The position numbers and the translations under genes are program-made. A DNA stretch of 64,000 nt, taken from assembly GCF_902459465.1 (NCBI RefSeq), contig NC_047068.1, positions 20,088,001 to 20,152,000 of the forward strand, read 5' to 3'. This stretch comes from Asterias rubens (taxonomy: Eukaryota). Below, piece after piece: positions 23,201 to 35,585 of the stretch; position 1 is the stretch's first letter; each line of letters starts with the position of its first letter. Under the pieces are notes generated by a model. That model searched no databases. It worked only from the letters and a program-made list of their open reading frames with translations, and was not told the DNA's origin.

Positions 23201-24407
23201 CTCTCCCCATCTTCATTTATACCATTGTTTATCACCAATGTCTGACGCCAGTCGAGCACCATTCTCCTCCACCTAAACAAAAAAAAACCCACACAACCCA
23301 ATTGCATGGAACTTGCGCTACATGAGTGAAAACGTTGTCAGATGGCCAGAGACAAGAACAAGTTCTCGTGTGACATTCTCCGCTTGGTATCATCCCCCAG
23401 GGATGATGTCTACATGATCGAGACATGAATCCTATACGACGGGTAGAGAATAAACGACCGGAAAAGCAACATGAAACATACAGTCTTCAGCTTGTGTCTT
23501 ATGAGCTAGTTTGGGATCACTGAGCGTGAAGTGTAAATGGATGTCAGAATCGCTGCGTTCAATCCCATTATACAACCTGAGACGTACATAATCGCTGATG
23601 AAGGAGACACCAAACTAAAGGGTTTTGATACCTTTTTGTTTTTGGTCATGACATGAATACTCACGCCATCTCCATCCGAGGATGCTCGAAGGCGCAAATT
23701 ACACAAACATCCAACAAAAGGAACAGCAAATTACAAACAATAAAAATGACATTAAAAACAGACCGACAAGTCTATACAGTGCAGCAACGGATAAAAATTA
23801 CACAAAGATCTAAAATATGACACCCCATGCCATTTTTGTAATTTTATTGTTTTAGACTCACAAAACAAGGTGAATTTCACTGTATGCGTGTATACAGACA
23901 CACTATGTGACAATTAAACAAACTACTGATTATTGTAAATCTGATATATGAGGGGGAGGGGCACAAGGAAAACACTGACGCCTTTAATAATATCGGGAAG
24001 GGTCAGCAGGGACCGACAAGTGTTACTCGCAACAACTGTGTGAACCAAACGAACCGAGGGAAAACTGATTGATTAGTTAGAGCATAACCTCGGATGAAGT
24101 GTGTCAACCACGTCGTAGTCGGCCTAGTAACATTCACGGCCGTCTTGCAGTATGTCAAAACATGAAGAGATGTGTCAAATTCGATGTTGTGATGTACTCA
24201 TTTGCCTTTGTATAAAGTCCTCATGACTAAGGTATTCACATTCAACTAGGGGACCTATAACAAAAGAGAGGTCACAGTTCTCGAGAGGTCCACAGATGGA
24301 AAACGTGTACAAAACCAATGGCAGGGATATATTGCAAGAAATGTATAGCATAAACAAAAGAGGTACAATTATGAGGTCAACGGTTGCAGGCGTATTATAG
24401 TGTGTGT

Positions 24408-24438
24408 TGGTGGGGGTGGGGTGGGGGGGAGGGGGGGG
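24408..24438 (+). other. G-quadruplex-forming motif
   Basis: GGGGG T GGGG T GGGGGGG A GGGGGGGG: four G-tracts with 1-nt loops. Confidence 0.7.
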
Positions 24439-26571
24439 TTACAAATATCTTACCTCACATTAGGGTGATCTTAACTCACCATATCCAATACACGTGTGCC
24501 GTCCGTAATATGCAAGGGAGAACTCTGACTGACCATCAAACCAGGTATTCTGAACATTTTAGTTTCACTTTCTCTACTTTATGTCCCACACTATACCACT
24601 CTGTTCACTCACGCACACCAGTGACATTCCCCAGACATTCCAGAGGGACCACGCCCACTGAACAAAAGAGACCGACCCTCGCCATGCCTTTGTACAAAAT
24701 AATGTTACCCATACCCTTGATTTGTTTTCTTTCAACCGGTGGATCCTTTATGTGAAGCTTAATATACACACAAATAAATAAAAATTACGAAATCCATTAT
24801 CTTTTAAAGTTGTATTTTAAGTAACGCTCAACTAATTGAACGGGGCTGTAATTCAGCTGCCTGTTATTATTAATAGCATGAATTTACGCGACTCTCCTGA
24901 AAACATTGCTCTGTGATTTTCATCTTTATATTTTCTTATAAACTTGGCGATTAGTGAAGCTAAAACTTCTCAATATAAATTTATATTACAAAATATATTC
25001 ATTCACAGTGTATATATAGTGATTCATATCGTGGCCAAGAACTTGATCTACAAAATATATCAAAACCATTTTAAGTTCAATGCTTTATTAAATAAACTTT
25101 CTTTGCGAACCGAATACGAATTGAAAAATGAGCAGACAGAATGTTTTGGCAGCCGTGAGAATCAAAGAAGACGATCTCGTGGAGCCTGGGAGAAAATAAC
25201 AAGCACGACTCGTGCAACCCGAGAGAAGATAACATCCAAGGATAAATAAACGTGGGTTGCAGAACGTGTCTATAACCGAACCTACGTTTCTCTTTCAATA
25301 AAGATACGAGCAGCATTAGTGTTATTAGGCGATGTCATGAAGTGATTCGAACATGGAGTATGGGGAGGTGATGTGTATACTGCTGCGGATTATAGGTTCG
25401 TCGTCAGTGTTCTATAAAGCGAACACGAAACAAACAGCGATTAACCCAGATATAGATCTGATTTCTCTCTCGGGGATGAGGAGGGGAAATCATTTTTGAT
25501 GTCTCGCCTTGGCGGTTCAACCTTCTGTGGCTGGCGTAGACAGTTATTTTTGTCCTGTAATCCGCACAAGGCAAGATATTGTATAGATTGGGCTATGAAC
25601 CGCAATTCATAATGGAAACAAAAACAGATGCTAAAGGTTTAGATCATTGCATAATAAAACAACACCCACTGGAAAGGAATTAAAAGTAATAGTTTTTACG
25701 GTCTGTGTAAAAAAAAAGGGAGACACCATAACAACAAACTGACCCTGTCACCCAGGCAAAATTTCAAACAGCTTATGATTTGTCAAAAGGTGTTTTGCGC
25801 ATTCGCCGGAGACTCAAATTTCGACAGTGTTTTAGACGGAAAGAGACGTACAAATGATTTGGTATAAATATGCATTTGGTGAACTTCCACATTGAACCAC
25901 TGACCAATAATTGAAACTGTCCACCATCTTGAGCAATGTATGTTTGTTTGTTGTAAAGTATCTCCAGTACGGTGAGACACTGCTCTAGATGCAAAGGTAT
26001 GTGGGCTCCAATCCCATACGAGTATTATGCATGGTTTTTTTCCTCACATGGCTCGGCAAATTCCCAAGTATACAGGGCTATAGTACACAGCGGTCTTTAT
26101 GGGTAAAACCGAAATTAATATATCCAGTAAGATTGTGATTTAACGAAAAAACACCAGATTTATTCTGGATTAATTGTAGAAAAGGACACACTGTCCCAAT
26201 TACCCCCCCCCCCCCCCCCCCGACTGTTCCATTTACCCCCAAACTGCCCCAAGCAATGACAACTTCATCAAAGATTCATCACGTTCGCCACGTTGTTGTT
26301 GCTGTAGACCATGTTATTCAAGACTACTGTCTGGGTAATCTTATCAACACAATTATTTATAGTAGGAGGGATAGAAACATCATAAAGCAAAGCCAGTGAT
26401 GCTTTATCTTAGAAATTAGTTTCAGCTCATCCTCGCCCAGCCAACCTTGTAACTCGCCAAAAGCGCCGAGCGAGGCGTGAAACTACACGAAAGGCCTGTA
26501 CCGTGACGTCCATGAGTTGAGATGAATATTGTAATGCAGTAAAAAGACAAAGCGCATCGTTAATTATGTAA

Positions 26572-26630
26572 ATAATAATAACAATAACCAGATTTGTATA
26601 GCGCCGTTCCATCTAGATCATGGCGCTCAG
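26572..26630 (-). mobile_element. L2-like LINE 3' tail remnant
   Basis: The reverse complement reads ATGGAACGGCGCTATACAAATCTGGTTATTGTTATTATT, the L2-type GCGCTATA..AAT plus (ATT)n terminus. Confidence 0.5.
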
Positions 26631-26691
26631 CAACAAAGTGAGCAGGTCTCGTGTGTATAAATCGTACTTCCGGTACCTAGAACCATTATTT

Positions 26692-26735
26692 AGTTCAATT
26701 CAATTCAATTCAATTCAATTTAATTCAATTCAACA
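26692..26735. repeat. (AATTC)n microsatellite, probably a minus-strand LINE tail
   Basis: About 8 TTCAA units followed by CATTTATT (AATAAATG on the minus strand). Confidence 0.8.
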
Positions 26736-28371
26736 TTTATTTCATACTACTCTTCTCGAGATATAAAATTCGCAAAATATTACACAGATAAACAAAACAA
26801 TAAGAACAGAGGTTATAGGGAAAACATTCAATCTATATCAACCAAAATAATTAGAGTATGAGTCTGTCAGATTGAGCCAAGGCAGAAGACAGCCTAGGCA
26901 GACAAACAAGGAAACAAAAACAGACTGGGTTGCTATGTTTCACTTGAAACACCATTTAAAAAAAAATAATAATAACATTAATATCGATAAAATACGCACA
27001 TATTAAGAGCGAATATTCCAACTCTGCAAACAGAGACAATTCTGCAGTTGATGAAACAGTGTTTATCACACGACGGGTTTAAAAGGACAAGCAGAAAATC
27101 GTGACTGAGTGTCATTCACGAACAATCTGAGAGGAAAAGGACTATCCCAACAACTTAATCAGAAGACAACCCAACCTGCTATATCAGTCTGCCCTAGCGT
27201 CTAGACACATGAGCGTGAACATTACAACCCCTCTTCCTGGGACATAAGTACCGACAAATCAAAATAGAGTAAGGTTCCCGAGTCAAGTCATTTCATGTAT
27301 TTTAATATTGAGAAATGATACACCCATGTAACGTATAGGAAAAGGTTGTGAGTTTATTACCAAATGGCTAAAGATCCATTACGTGACACATTGGTGTACA
27401 AAACCACGTGGAATGAAGCATTTTGTGTTATTTTGACTCTTTCGTTAGGTAAGTATGTGATTGGGTCATGTTTATATGAGGGTGTCCCGTGATGGAAGGT
27501 AACACCGAGCCGAGAGCAAACCCAATATACAGAGCGTGCCGAACATAGCGAAATCCGATGGTTGCGTTCACTGGGAAATCGTGCCTCCTTCGTACTTTCG
27601 TCATACGATAGCACGGTTCTCATACATTCGGAATGTATGGCATCACTGTGCTGTTAGAAGAAAGTTATTCCTATATCTCCCCTCGTTGTCCCTGACTCTC
27701 GGGAGGTATATCCGCTACAAACAATCAAAACAAATATCTATAAATATTAAAGCCCTCCTTTTCTAATACAATAATACAAGGATGCCCAATGACTCCAGTC
27801 TTTGTCCACTGCAGGTTTCAATTCACAGTAATGAAATTTCAGATGAATAAAATCTCGTCCGTCCTGCCTCAAAAATTCCCCGTGATTCGATTATTGGAAA
27901 TGGTCGTTCCGTTTTCGTACTTCAATTAAAAAAGGGAAATCAATTCCACTTGGGGATTTACAGATTTATTGTGGTTTAATTCAAATAAAATTGTTTTCAA
28001 GCTAAAACATCCTGCATATTATTAATTTTATGTGTGTGGGCGTGTGCGTTTGTGTGTGTGTATACGCGTGTATAACGAATTGAAACACAGACGCTAACCA
28101 GGCAGGATTCCACTTGATCAATACCGGATTCTTTGTTTAAGCAGAAAGTGCTCGATCAAAACAATAAGAAGACGGTAAACGATACGCGGAAATAACCCTA
28201 AATGTGGCTCTCAGGAAGCTAGATAGATTGGATTTCACCAAGGTGGATAAGAAACCAAGTGTGAATTCCTCAAAAAAGCCAGCTGCACATTGTAATTAAT
28301 ATAGTGGGTTGTAATTGTTGGTATGGAAGGAGTAAATTTTATGAAATAAGGTAAAATAGCAGACACGGGTA

Positions 28372-28745
28372 TATAGGGTATTGGTACATTTTGTAGATCA
28401 AGTTATGGGTCGTGTTTTCCTACTCACTTTGAATGAAGATGTAGGCATACGTAATATAATTTACTTGTAGAAGTTTCAGATTCACCAAATACGTAACATT
28501 TGTTCAGAAAAAAAGTGAAAATCCCAGTGCAATTTATGGTCGGGAGGATCGCGTAAATCGTCACAATGAATAGACAATTATTTTCGTGACTTTTTTTTTA
28601 ACAATTCTTTTTCATAAACTACATGCACCAGAGCAAGTTATTTTTTAAGGGAAGTTTTGTATCGCCATTATCCTTAACCCGTGTAAGTTTAATTTAAATT
28701 TATGGACAATGTTTTTGTCGCATAACAAGGACTTAATCCCTTGAA
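28372..28745. mobile_element. Family C MITE, diverged
   Basis: TAGGGTATTGGTACATTTTGTAGATCAAG..., homologous to 17411. Confidence 0.55.
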
Positions 28746-29880
28746 CTCGACGTAACTCTAGCGTCTTCGTGACGGAGAAAAACAGTTTATTTTCTGAAGA
28801 CGCAACAATCTGAGTGCTTATCTCACACGATCGCTTTAATTTATCTGTCTATTAATTCAAAATGTCATCCAAATTAAAAAGAAAACTCCACTAGATTGCT
28901 GCCTTAAAAGCCACGCAATCTTGCTGCGAGCGCACTTTTATATTAATATTCGAACACTAATCAGTATTAGTTCCAACCAATACTCATATATAAACTGTAT
29001 GCCTAGAGGCTAGACAGTGCGTACAAGTAGTGTCACATAATGCTGGTCGCAGTGAACCTACTTGCCTAATTGTCCTGCAATAACTATAGTCAATCCGGGG
29101 GATTTTGGGGTATTACATACAGCAATAAGCAAAGCAATTGAAACGCCTCCGTCTATATTCCATTTCTTGAGGGCATCATAGTAACTGATAACATCGATTG
29201 TTTTTCTCCCTTCCCCGCAGTTCAGATACAGATCGACGGGGGTCTGAGGTTGAGAGTTGGTTTCCGGGAGTTTGCCGTAAGGGCCTTTTATCTTTCAGTT
29301 TAGCCCCGTACAAAATAAATTCATTTCTCGTTTCGCGTTATTTTCTTCATGTCCTTCCCGTGGGACTAGTAGAAGGATCTGCAGGGTTTCCTAATGGCGA
29401 GATTTGTTTTGTGCATCTCTTATTTCACTCCACCGGAATTACAATTCATTTCTCAACTCGTTCCGTTTCGTTAATGTACTTAAAAAATTAAACCCTCCCC
29501 TGAAAAAGTATGCCGTACAACACCTCGAAGCTATACAGCACGCGGATTATTCATTTATTAAGTCAGTGGCTACGAGGATATGAGATTGCATTGGTGTCCT
29601 GACATCGTGTATAGTATTAAGACATTACACCGAGTGGTAACCAATGCAGCCCAACAGGTCTACAACCTCGATTACAATCAGGTCTTTTAACCTCTCCACG
29701 ACCCCACATTGATACAGACGAAAAAATTTTGTGTTGTTTGATTTGCTAAGAGTTGCTTTTAATTAAAAAGAAATCAGTGTGGTTAAAATAACGCTTGCAT
29801 TATGTGCCCCCCAAAAAAAATCATGGTTTTAGGATCATATAACTATATTTGTACACTTGCTGTATAAGGTAATAACAAAA

Positions 29881-29920
29881 CAGACGTTTCGATCAGCTCA
29901 CCCTGGTTGTCTTCATGAAG
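29881..29920 (-). ncRNA. Degenerate Penelope-type minimal hammerhead-like core
   Basis: The reverse complement reads ATGAAGA C AACCAG GGTGAG CTGATC GAAAC GTC TG. The core and stem II carry mismatches, so it is likely inactive. Confidence 0.35.
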
Positions 29921-30497
29921 GTAAATCAAAATGTCAATGGAGGAGAATTCCGAAGGGTCGTTTAAAACGTTCACCCAATAATATGTATTTTTCCTTTTAC
30001 TGAAACATTTGTTTTTCGTTGCTTTGTTATGCGTTTTAAAAGGTTTTTTTACCGTTAACAATCTGCACGCCATACAAGGGGCTTTAAGTTTAAAAATTAT
30101 TCTTCTTCGTTTTTTAACTAGTCAACACACAATCTTTCATCCTTGGGCTGGCGGTACGGCGAGAATATTTGAGCGCATTCTCGGGATCAACTGTCGATAA
30201 CGGTGTATGAATTATACATTGCAACACTTTTGTACAAACTCATTTTGAATAAAACACATCTGTATCGTGGATTTGTGTTGTTAAGTCAGGTGTATCGGGC
30301 AATAGGGACAACCCTCGTGGGCGGTTGTTTTGACAGTTAAACATTGCAATCGTTTCGGGCGTTTGGTGACATTCACGCAATCATAGACGGGGTTGCGCAC
30401 GGATGGGGAACCAATGTGTGCTTATTATTTGCTTCACCGAGTAGGGTTGAACAATCACAAAATTATTAGAACAGAATTTGAAGAAACTACCTCGAGT

Positions 30498-30693
30498 TTA
30501 AAGGGTTTGGGTAATTGTTGTACACCAAGAAACACAATGTCCACGGATTTAAAAGATCTGTTTGAAGATAATGACTTGTTTACTTTTCACAAAAGCTTGA
30601 CGACTATTGAAGCTGGTATACTTCTATAGACAAATAAATGATATTACAAACATCTTCATGGCCAAAAACTTGATCAAGGTATCAAAACCCCTT
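30498..30693. mobile_element. Family C MITE, internally deleted
   Basis: TTAA|AGGGTTTGGGTAATTGTTG ... AAGGTATCAAAACCCT. Confidence 0.6.
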
Positions 30694-30974
30694 ATGCTCT
30701 ACCAACTGCACACGAGCTATCTAACCCAATTTTGGCAGTCTCAACATCTTTTTTTGGGGGTGCCAGTCAAAAGTCATACAGCCTGTAACTGCCGTCTAGC
30801 CATGGATCACACCCAAGTCTACAATATACATCATGGAAGGCAGCAGCAAGAAAGTGAATCATCCATCAAGGGGGGAGTGACCGTTTTATTTTAAATATCA
30901 AGTTATAAACCACTACATTGAAGTTCCCATCATTGCGAGTAACATGAACTCTCTGCTCTTTCCTCATTCTTGCC

Positions 30975-31238
30975 CAACTGTTGGTTGTTTGCGCTAACAC
31001 CGTGTCTACTTGCCAGGTAGATTTATGTTCTTTTGAGAACTTGTCTCTCTTTAAATTCTACTACTGTGGAGTAGATTTTCGGAATTCGGGAGACTTCACA
31101 TTTCTGAAAAGAACTGTCCTCCTTATTAACTAAGAGCGGAAGGTAGCACATCGGCCTGGACTACCACTGTTTGTTGATATCTTCAGTTTAAAAGCGAAGG
31201 CCGAAAGCGCGCCAATACTTTGTCAATACTACAAACCG
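30975..31238 (-). mobile_element. Second copy of the 12890-13195 dispersed repeat
   Basis: Shares GGAATTCGGGAGACTTC, GAAGGTAGCACATCG and GGCCGAAAGCGCGCCAATACTTTGTCAATACTACAAACCG with the first copy. Confidence 0.8.
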
Positions 31239-32921
31239 AAAGGAGCACGTGCTAAATGTACAAATTCTGCTGACGCTAAGGGAACAGCGGGGTAAATTCT
31301 CCTGATGTGTAAACTGCGTTCCTTGCCCGGGTTGCTCGAACCCGCGATCACTTTAAAGTGTTTGTGCGATTCGGTAAATAGAAAAACGAGGACTGTAAAT
31401 AGGGAAATGGCCTGTGAAGACGAGGAAACAGTCCGCTGAAGATAACGAAAGCTCAAACAACACTAAGTGGTGTTTAACATTTGCTTTGGTCCTAATCTAA
31501 ATCACGGATACACCGGATACGTAGCCTATCCTGCCTCATTGGTTTTCGTGTCTTGATCTGTGTTTTCGTGTCTTGTCTTAAGCGTGTATTGTCTTAAGGA
31601 CCTTTTGATAAGAATTATTTTTGAGTTCGTCTTGGTTTGTTAAGGTATACCAGATGACGCACGGGCGTTTTGCAAATGGCATTTATACGTAGTGGTACCG
31701 AAATTAAAAATAAAAATGCTGACGATGGTTATGGCAAAACAATTATGAATTATCTTAAGGTATATCAGAAATAATAAAGGAAACGTTTTGGCGATGCTTT
31801 AATATACTGTGCAATTCTCGCACGTATCCGAGCATTAGGAACCGTTAAAGTAAGCGAGCTTGCCATATTCACGCGCTAAAGCAATGCACATGGGACCAAC
31901 GTGGTTCCTATCCAAAGTGTTAGAATAAAAGCGAGATTTTTTATTGAACGAAGATGAATGACAGCAGTGGTAATGAAGACGACACCACTGATTGCGATTC
32001 ATGATTATAGTATTATACAATACGTTATAATTATTAACAATATCCTTTTTTCAAAACTGTTATATATTATGAACTTTTTACCCTGAATTCTCCCCTTTTC
32101 ACCATTTCCACGAGGTGAAATGGCTGTCATTTTCACGCGGTAACAAAATGCTTGCCATTCTCACACGATACAATGAAACTGAACAAGTTGTTGATGTTTC
32201 TAAACCAATGGTATATACGATGTTCATCGCTAGTATCAACGCAATTTAGTTTTCTAATAGAGATGTATGGAATACTTAGTATGGACGGACCACGGGGTGG
32301 AGGTCCGATCGGCAATACAGGTGCAACCAGCAAGGTGTTTGCCCCGTTTCCCCTGGTGTTGCTGATAGACGTACCGGTGTAGTGAGCCGAGATCACAACC
32401 AATCGTACGAAGTTGCCGTTTTTCCTTCTTGTATGAAGCAGCCAAAAACGAATGTTTGCGTTTTTCGAAACCCAAGAAGTCACCCAGTATCAAATTGACG
32501 TCAAGTCTGTTCCACAACGCATAGGTGGTTATTAACTCCATCCCTCTGAGCCTAGAGACGACGTGACGTCAGTCAAATAAGACACGCACTTACCTTTTTT
32601 TTCTTACCATGATAATTGTTTGTGTGAAATAGAGCACGAAAAATCGGACTGACCGTACCGAATTGAGTACCATGCAAACATGGGCACTGACATCTCAACA
32701 TTTGTCCTTTCTATTTTATACAACTAGTTTAGTTTGCACAATGTGCTCACTTTATTTTGAACTTACTACATGTATAACCCTATCTGGAAGCTCATTGCCA
32801 GTGTTTTTCCAAATTGAGTTATATGACCACAGTCTCGGGTGCTCCACTTCAGAAGGCCAGTCCTTCTCTGGATGTCACCCCCATTCACACTGTATTGTGT
32901 TGTTCTTCAGAAAGACTCTGC

Positions 32922-33308
32922 TTAAAGGCAGTGGACACTATTGGTAATTACTCAAAATAATTATTAGCATAAAACCTTTCTTGGTGAAAAGTAATGGGGA
33001 GAGGTTGGTGGTATAAAACATTGTGAGAAAAAGCTCCCTCTGAAGTGCCATAGTTTTGGAGAAAGAAGTAATTTTCCACGAATTGGATTTCGAGACCTCA
33101 AGTTTAGAACTTGGGGTCTCGAAATCAACCATCTAAACGCACACAACTTCGTGTGACAAGGGTGTTTTCTTCTTTCATTATTATCTCGCAACTTTGATGA
33201 CCGATTGAGCTCAAATTTTCACAGGTTTGTTATTTTATGCATATGCTGAGATACACCAACTGTGAAGGCTAGTCTTTGACAATTACCAATAGTGTCCACT
33301 GCCTTTAA
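32922..33308 (-). mobile_element. Kolobok-type MITE family A, full-length young copy
   Basis: Perfect TIRs and TTAA duplication; near-identical to 10963 in reverse orientation. Confidence 0.9.
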
Positions 33309-35199
33309 GGGTCGAAACGTCAGGCCATTAACAATGTTACTGCCTTTATATCCTTTTGGTTGGTAAGTTGTTTGCAAAAGACAATTCTATTTTTTTCTTC
33401 AAGTTATGATACATTTTGTATTGAGCAGCATCGTCATTGTTTTTTGTATTAATGAAGTATCAATTGAAAAAAACAAAACACAATAACACACAACAGCATT
33501 GAATTAATTGGTTTTCAGGATCAAAGAAAATAAGTTTGACTCAATACCTTTAAAAGGAAACTCAATCAAAATTTAATTTAACATTGAAGTAGTTCCGGCC
33601 AATGGTATGAATATCAGAAACCAACCTGCTTCACGCCCAAACTCCGCAGCAAAACCACTTCAAACTCGAAATCTCATCTACTGATTCCAAACACTATTGC
33701 ACACGTCCACTTTTCTTACAAACGTAAACACTAAAAGTGCTTTCCATATCTTTGTTTTCCCTTAACAGAGTACATACACACAAGGTTACAGTAAAGTTTG
33801 GTCGCCTAGGGACGTTTAAGCAAACAGGAGGAAAAGGAGAGGAATAACTGAGACTACTTGTTTTTCAGCACATATCCGGATAATTTTTTTTACACGCTTT
33901 GATTCACTCTCGTCTTGATTCGACTTGCCACGTAGGTATAACATATCTCGACACATTAATGCTGCAGGCAATTTTCTTTTCTTTTAAAGCGTTTTTTTTT
34001 TATGTTTCTGTTTTACATTCATCACTGCTTTCAAAGGGTAGTGGTACTTTTTGTACGACGAAAAACACAAACGTCCATAGATTAACATTAAACTAAATTG
34101 TGCCGAGAAGCTGTAGTTTTAGAGACATGAGTAAAACAATGTCACGAAAATAATTGTCCGAACAACTTAAGCGACTCTCCTTTCCTGAAAAAAAAATGCT
34201 CTGTGATTTTCACCTTTTTCAAAAACTTCATTCAGCAGTAAATATAATCAATGAGTGGGTGGTGGGGTCGTTGACAAAAACACGTTGATTTTCTCTGAAT
34301 AATATTTAAGTCTTATGTCAGGAACTTCAAAATCTGGAATGCGAACAACTTTGCAAATGCGAGCAATTGTTTCTTCGCCTATCGTTTAACAGTGCCACCT
34401 GAAAACATATTTACTTTGAATTATGTCTTATTTACCCTGGGGGAATCTCTCAGTGCAACACTGTTTTTCAGAGGTGCCCAGCAACTAGACACACTCACAT
34501 TTACAATACCATATACGTTTTGGGGATAATTTCAGCAAACTGAAAGTGTTAAACTTTCTACTTTCAGATACAGTCCGTAAACAAACTAATACAGCTGTTC
34601 ATGACTGGATGGTAATCGATTGGTTATTTCATACGTGGGCAGTTCATGAACACAAATACAGATCCGGTATCATTTCAATCATCAGATATCCTTGTGAATA
34701 ACCACCACAGAGATTGCAACAAGCTTTTCAAAGGACCAATCAATTGAACCTTACACCTCTAGCATGATCATATTCTATAACGTCTAACTTTAATATAAAC
34801 AGCCATTCAACAGTCCAATTCACTGTAAAAGAAAAATTAATAAACAGCAAAGAAAAAATAATACTGCACAACTCGTGGGAATCCTGAAATGCCCTTTACA
34901 TTTAAAATTGACTGCAAACATAAACAGTGCCAGGAAGAAGTGGAACAATGGAAATGATATTAACGGAAAGTATTTTTTGTTAAAGTTGGGATAAAATTGA
35001 AACGGGAAGTAGACTCTATAAAAACATTACAGTGGCGTGAATTGTCAAGTTATAGCCTAAGGCGGTGAGGTAATGTGTATCAAGTGTATTACTAAACAGT
35101 CGTGTCTCTGGCCACACCATAGCCAGTCATGTCAGGCAAGCCTACTAAGGTACTGAGTAATAACAATGATATCAGATTTGAGGTAGATGATCGTATGGC

Positions 35200-35585
35200 T
35201 TAAAGGCAGTGGACACTATTGGTTATTACTCAAAATAATTATTGGTACAAAACCTTACTTGGTGACGAGTAATGGGGAGAGGTTGATGGTATAAAACATT
35301 GTGAGAAACGGCTGCCTCTGAAGTGCCATAGGTTTCGAGAAAGAAGTAATTTTCCACGAATTTGATTTCGAAACCTCAGATTTAGAAATTGAGGTCTTGA
35401 AATCAGCCATCTAAACGAACACAACTTTGTGTGACAAGGGTGTTTTTTCTTTCAATATTATCACGCAAGTTCGATGACCGATTGAGCTCAAATTTTCACA
35501 GATTTGTTAGTTTGTGCTTATGTTGAGATACACCAACTGTGAAGGCTAGGCTTTGACAATTACCAATAGTGTCCACTGCCTTTAA
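35200..35585 (-). mobile_element. Kolobok-type MITE family A, full-length young copy
   Basis: TTAA|AGGCAGTGGACACTATTGG ... CCAATAGTGTCCACTGCCT|TTAA. Confidence 0.9.

Noticed and set aside
32133-32541. Cluster of overlapping 76-116 aa ORFs
   Set aside because: No domain similarity or splice-site support; more likely a non-coding repeat interior.
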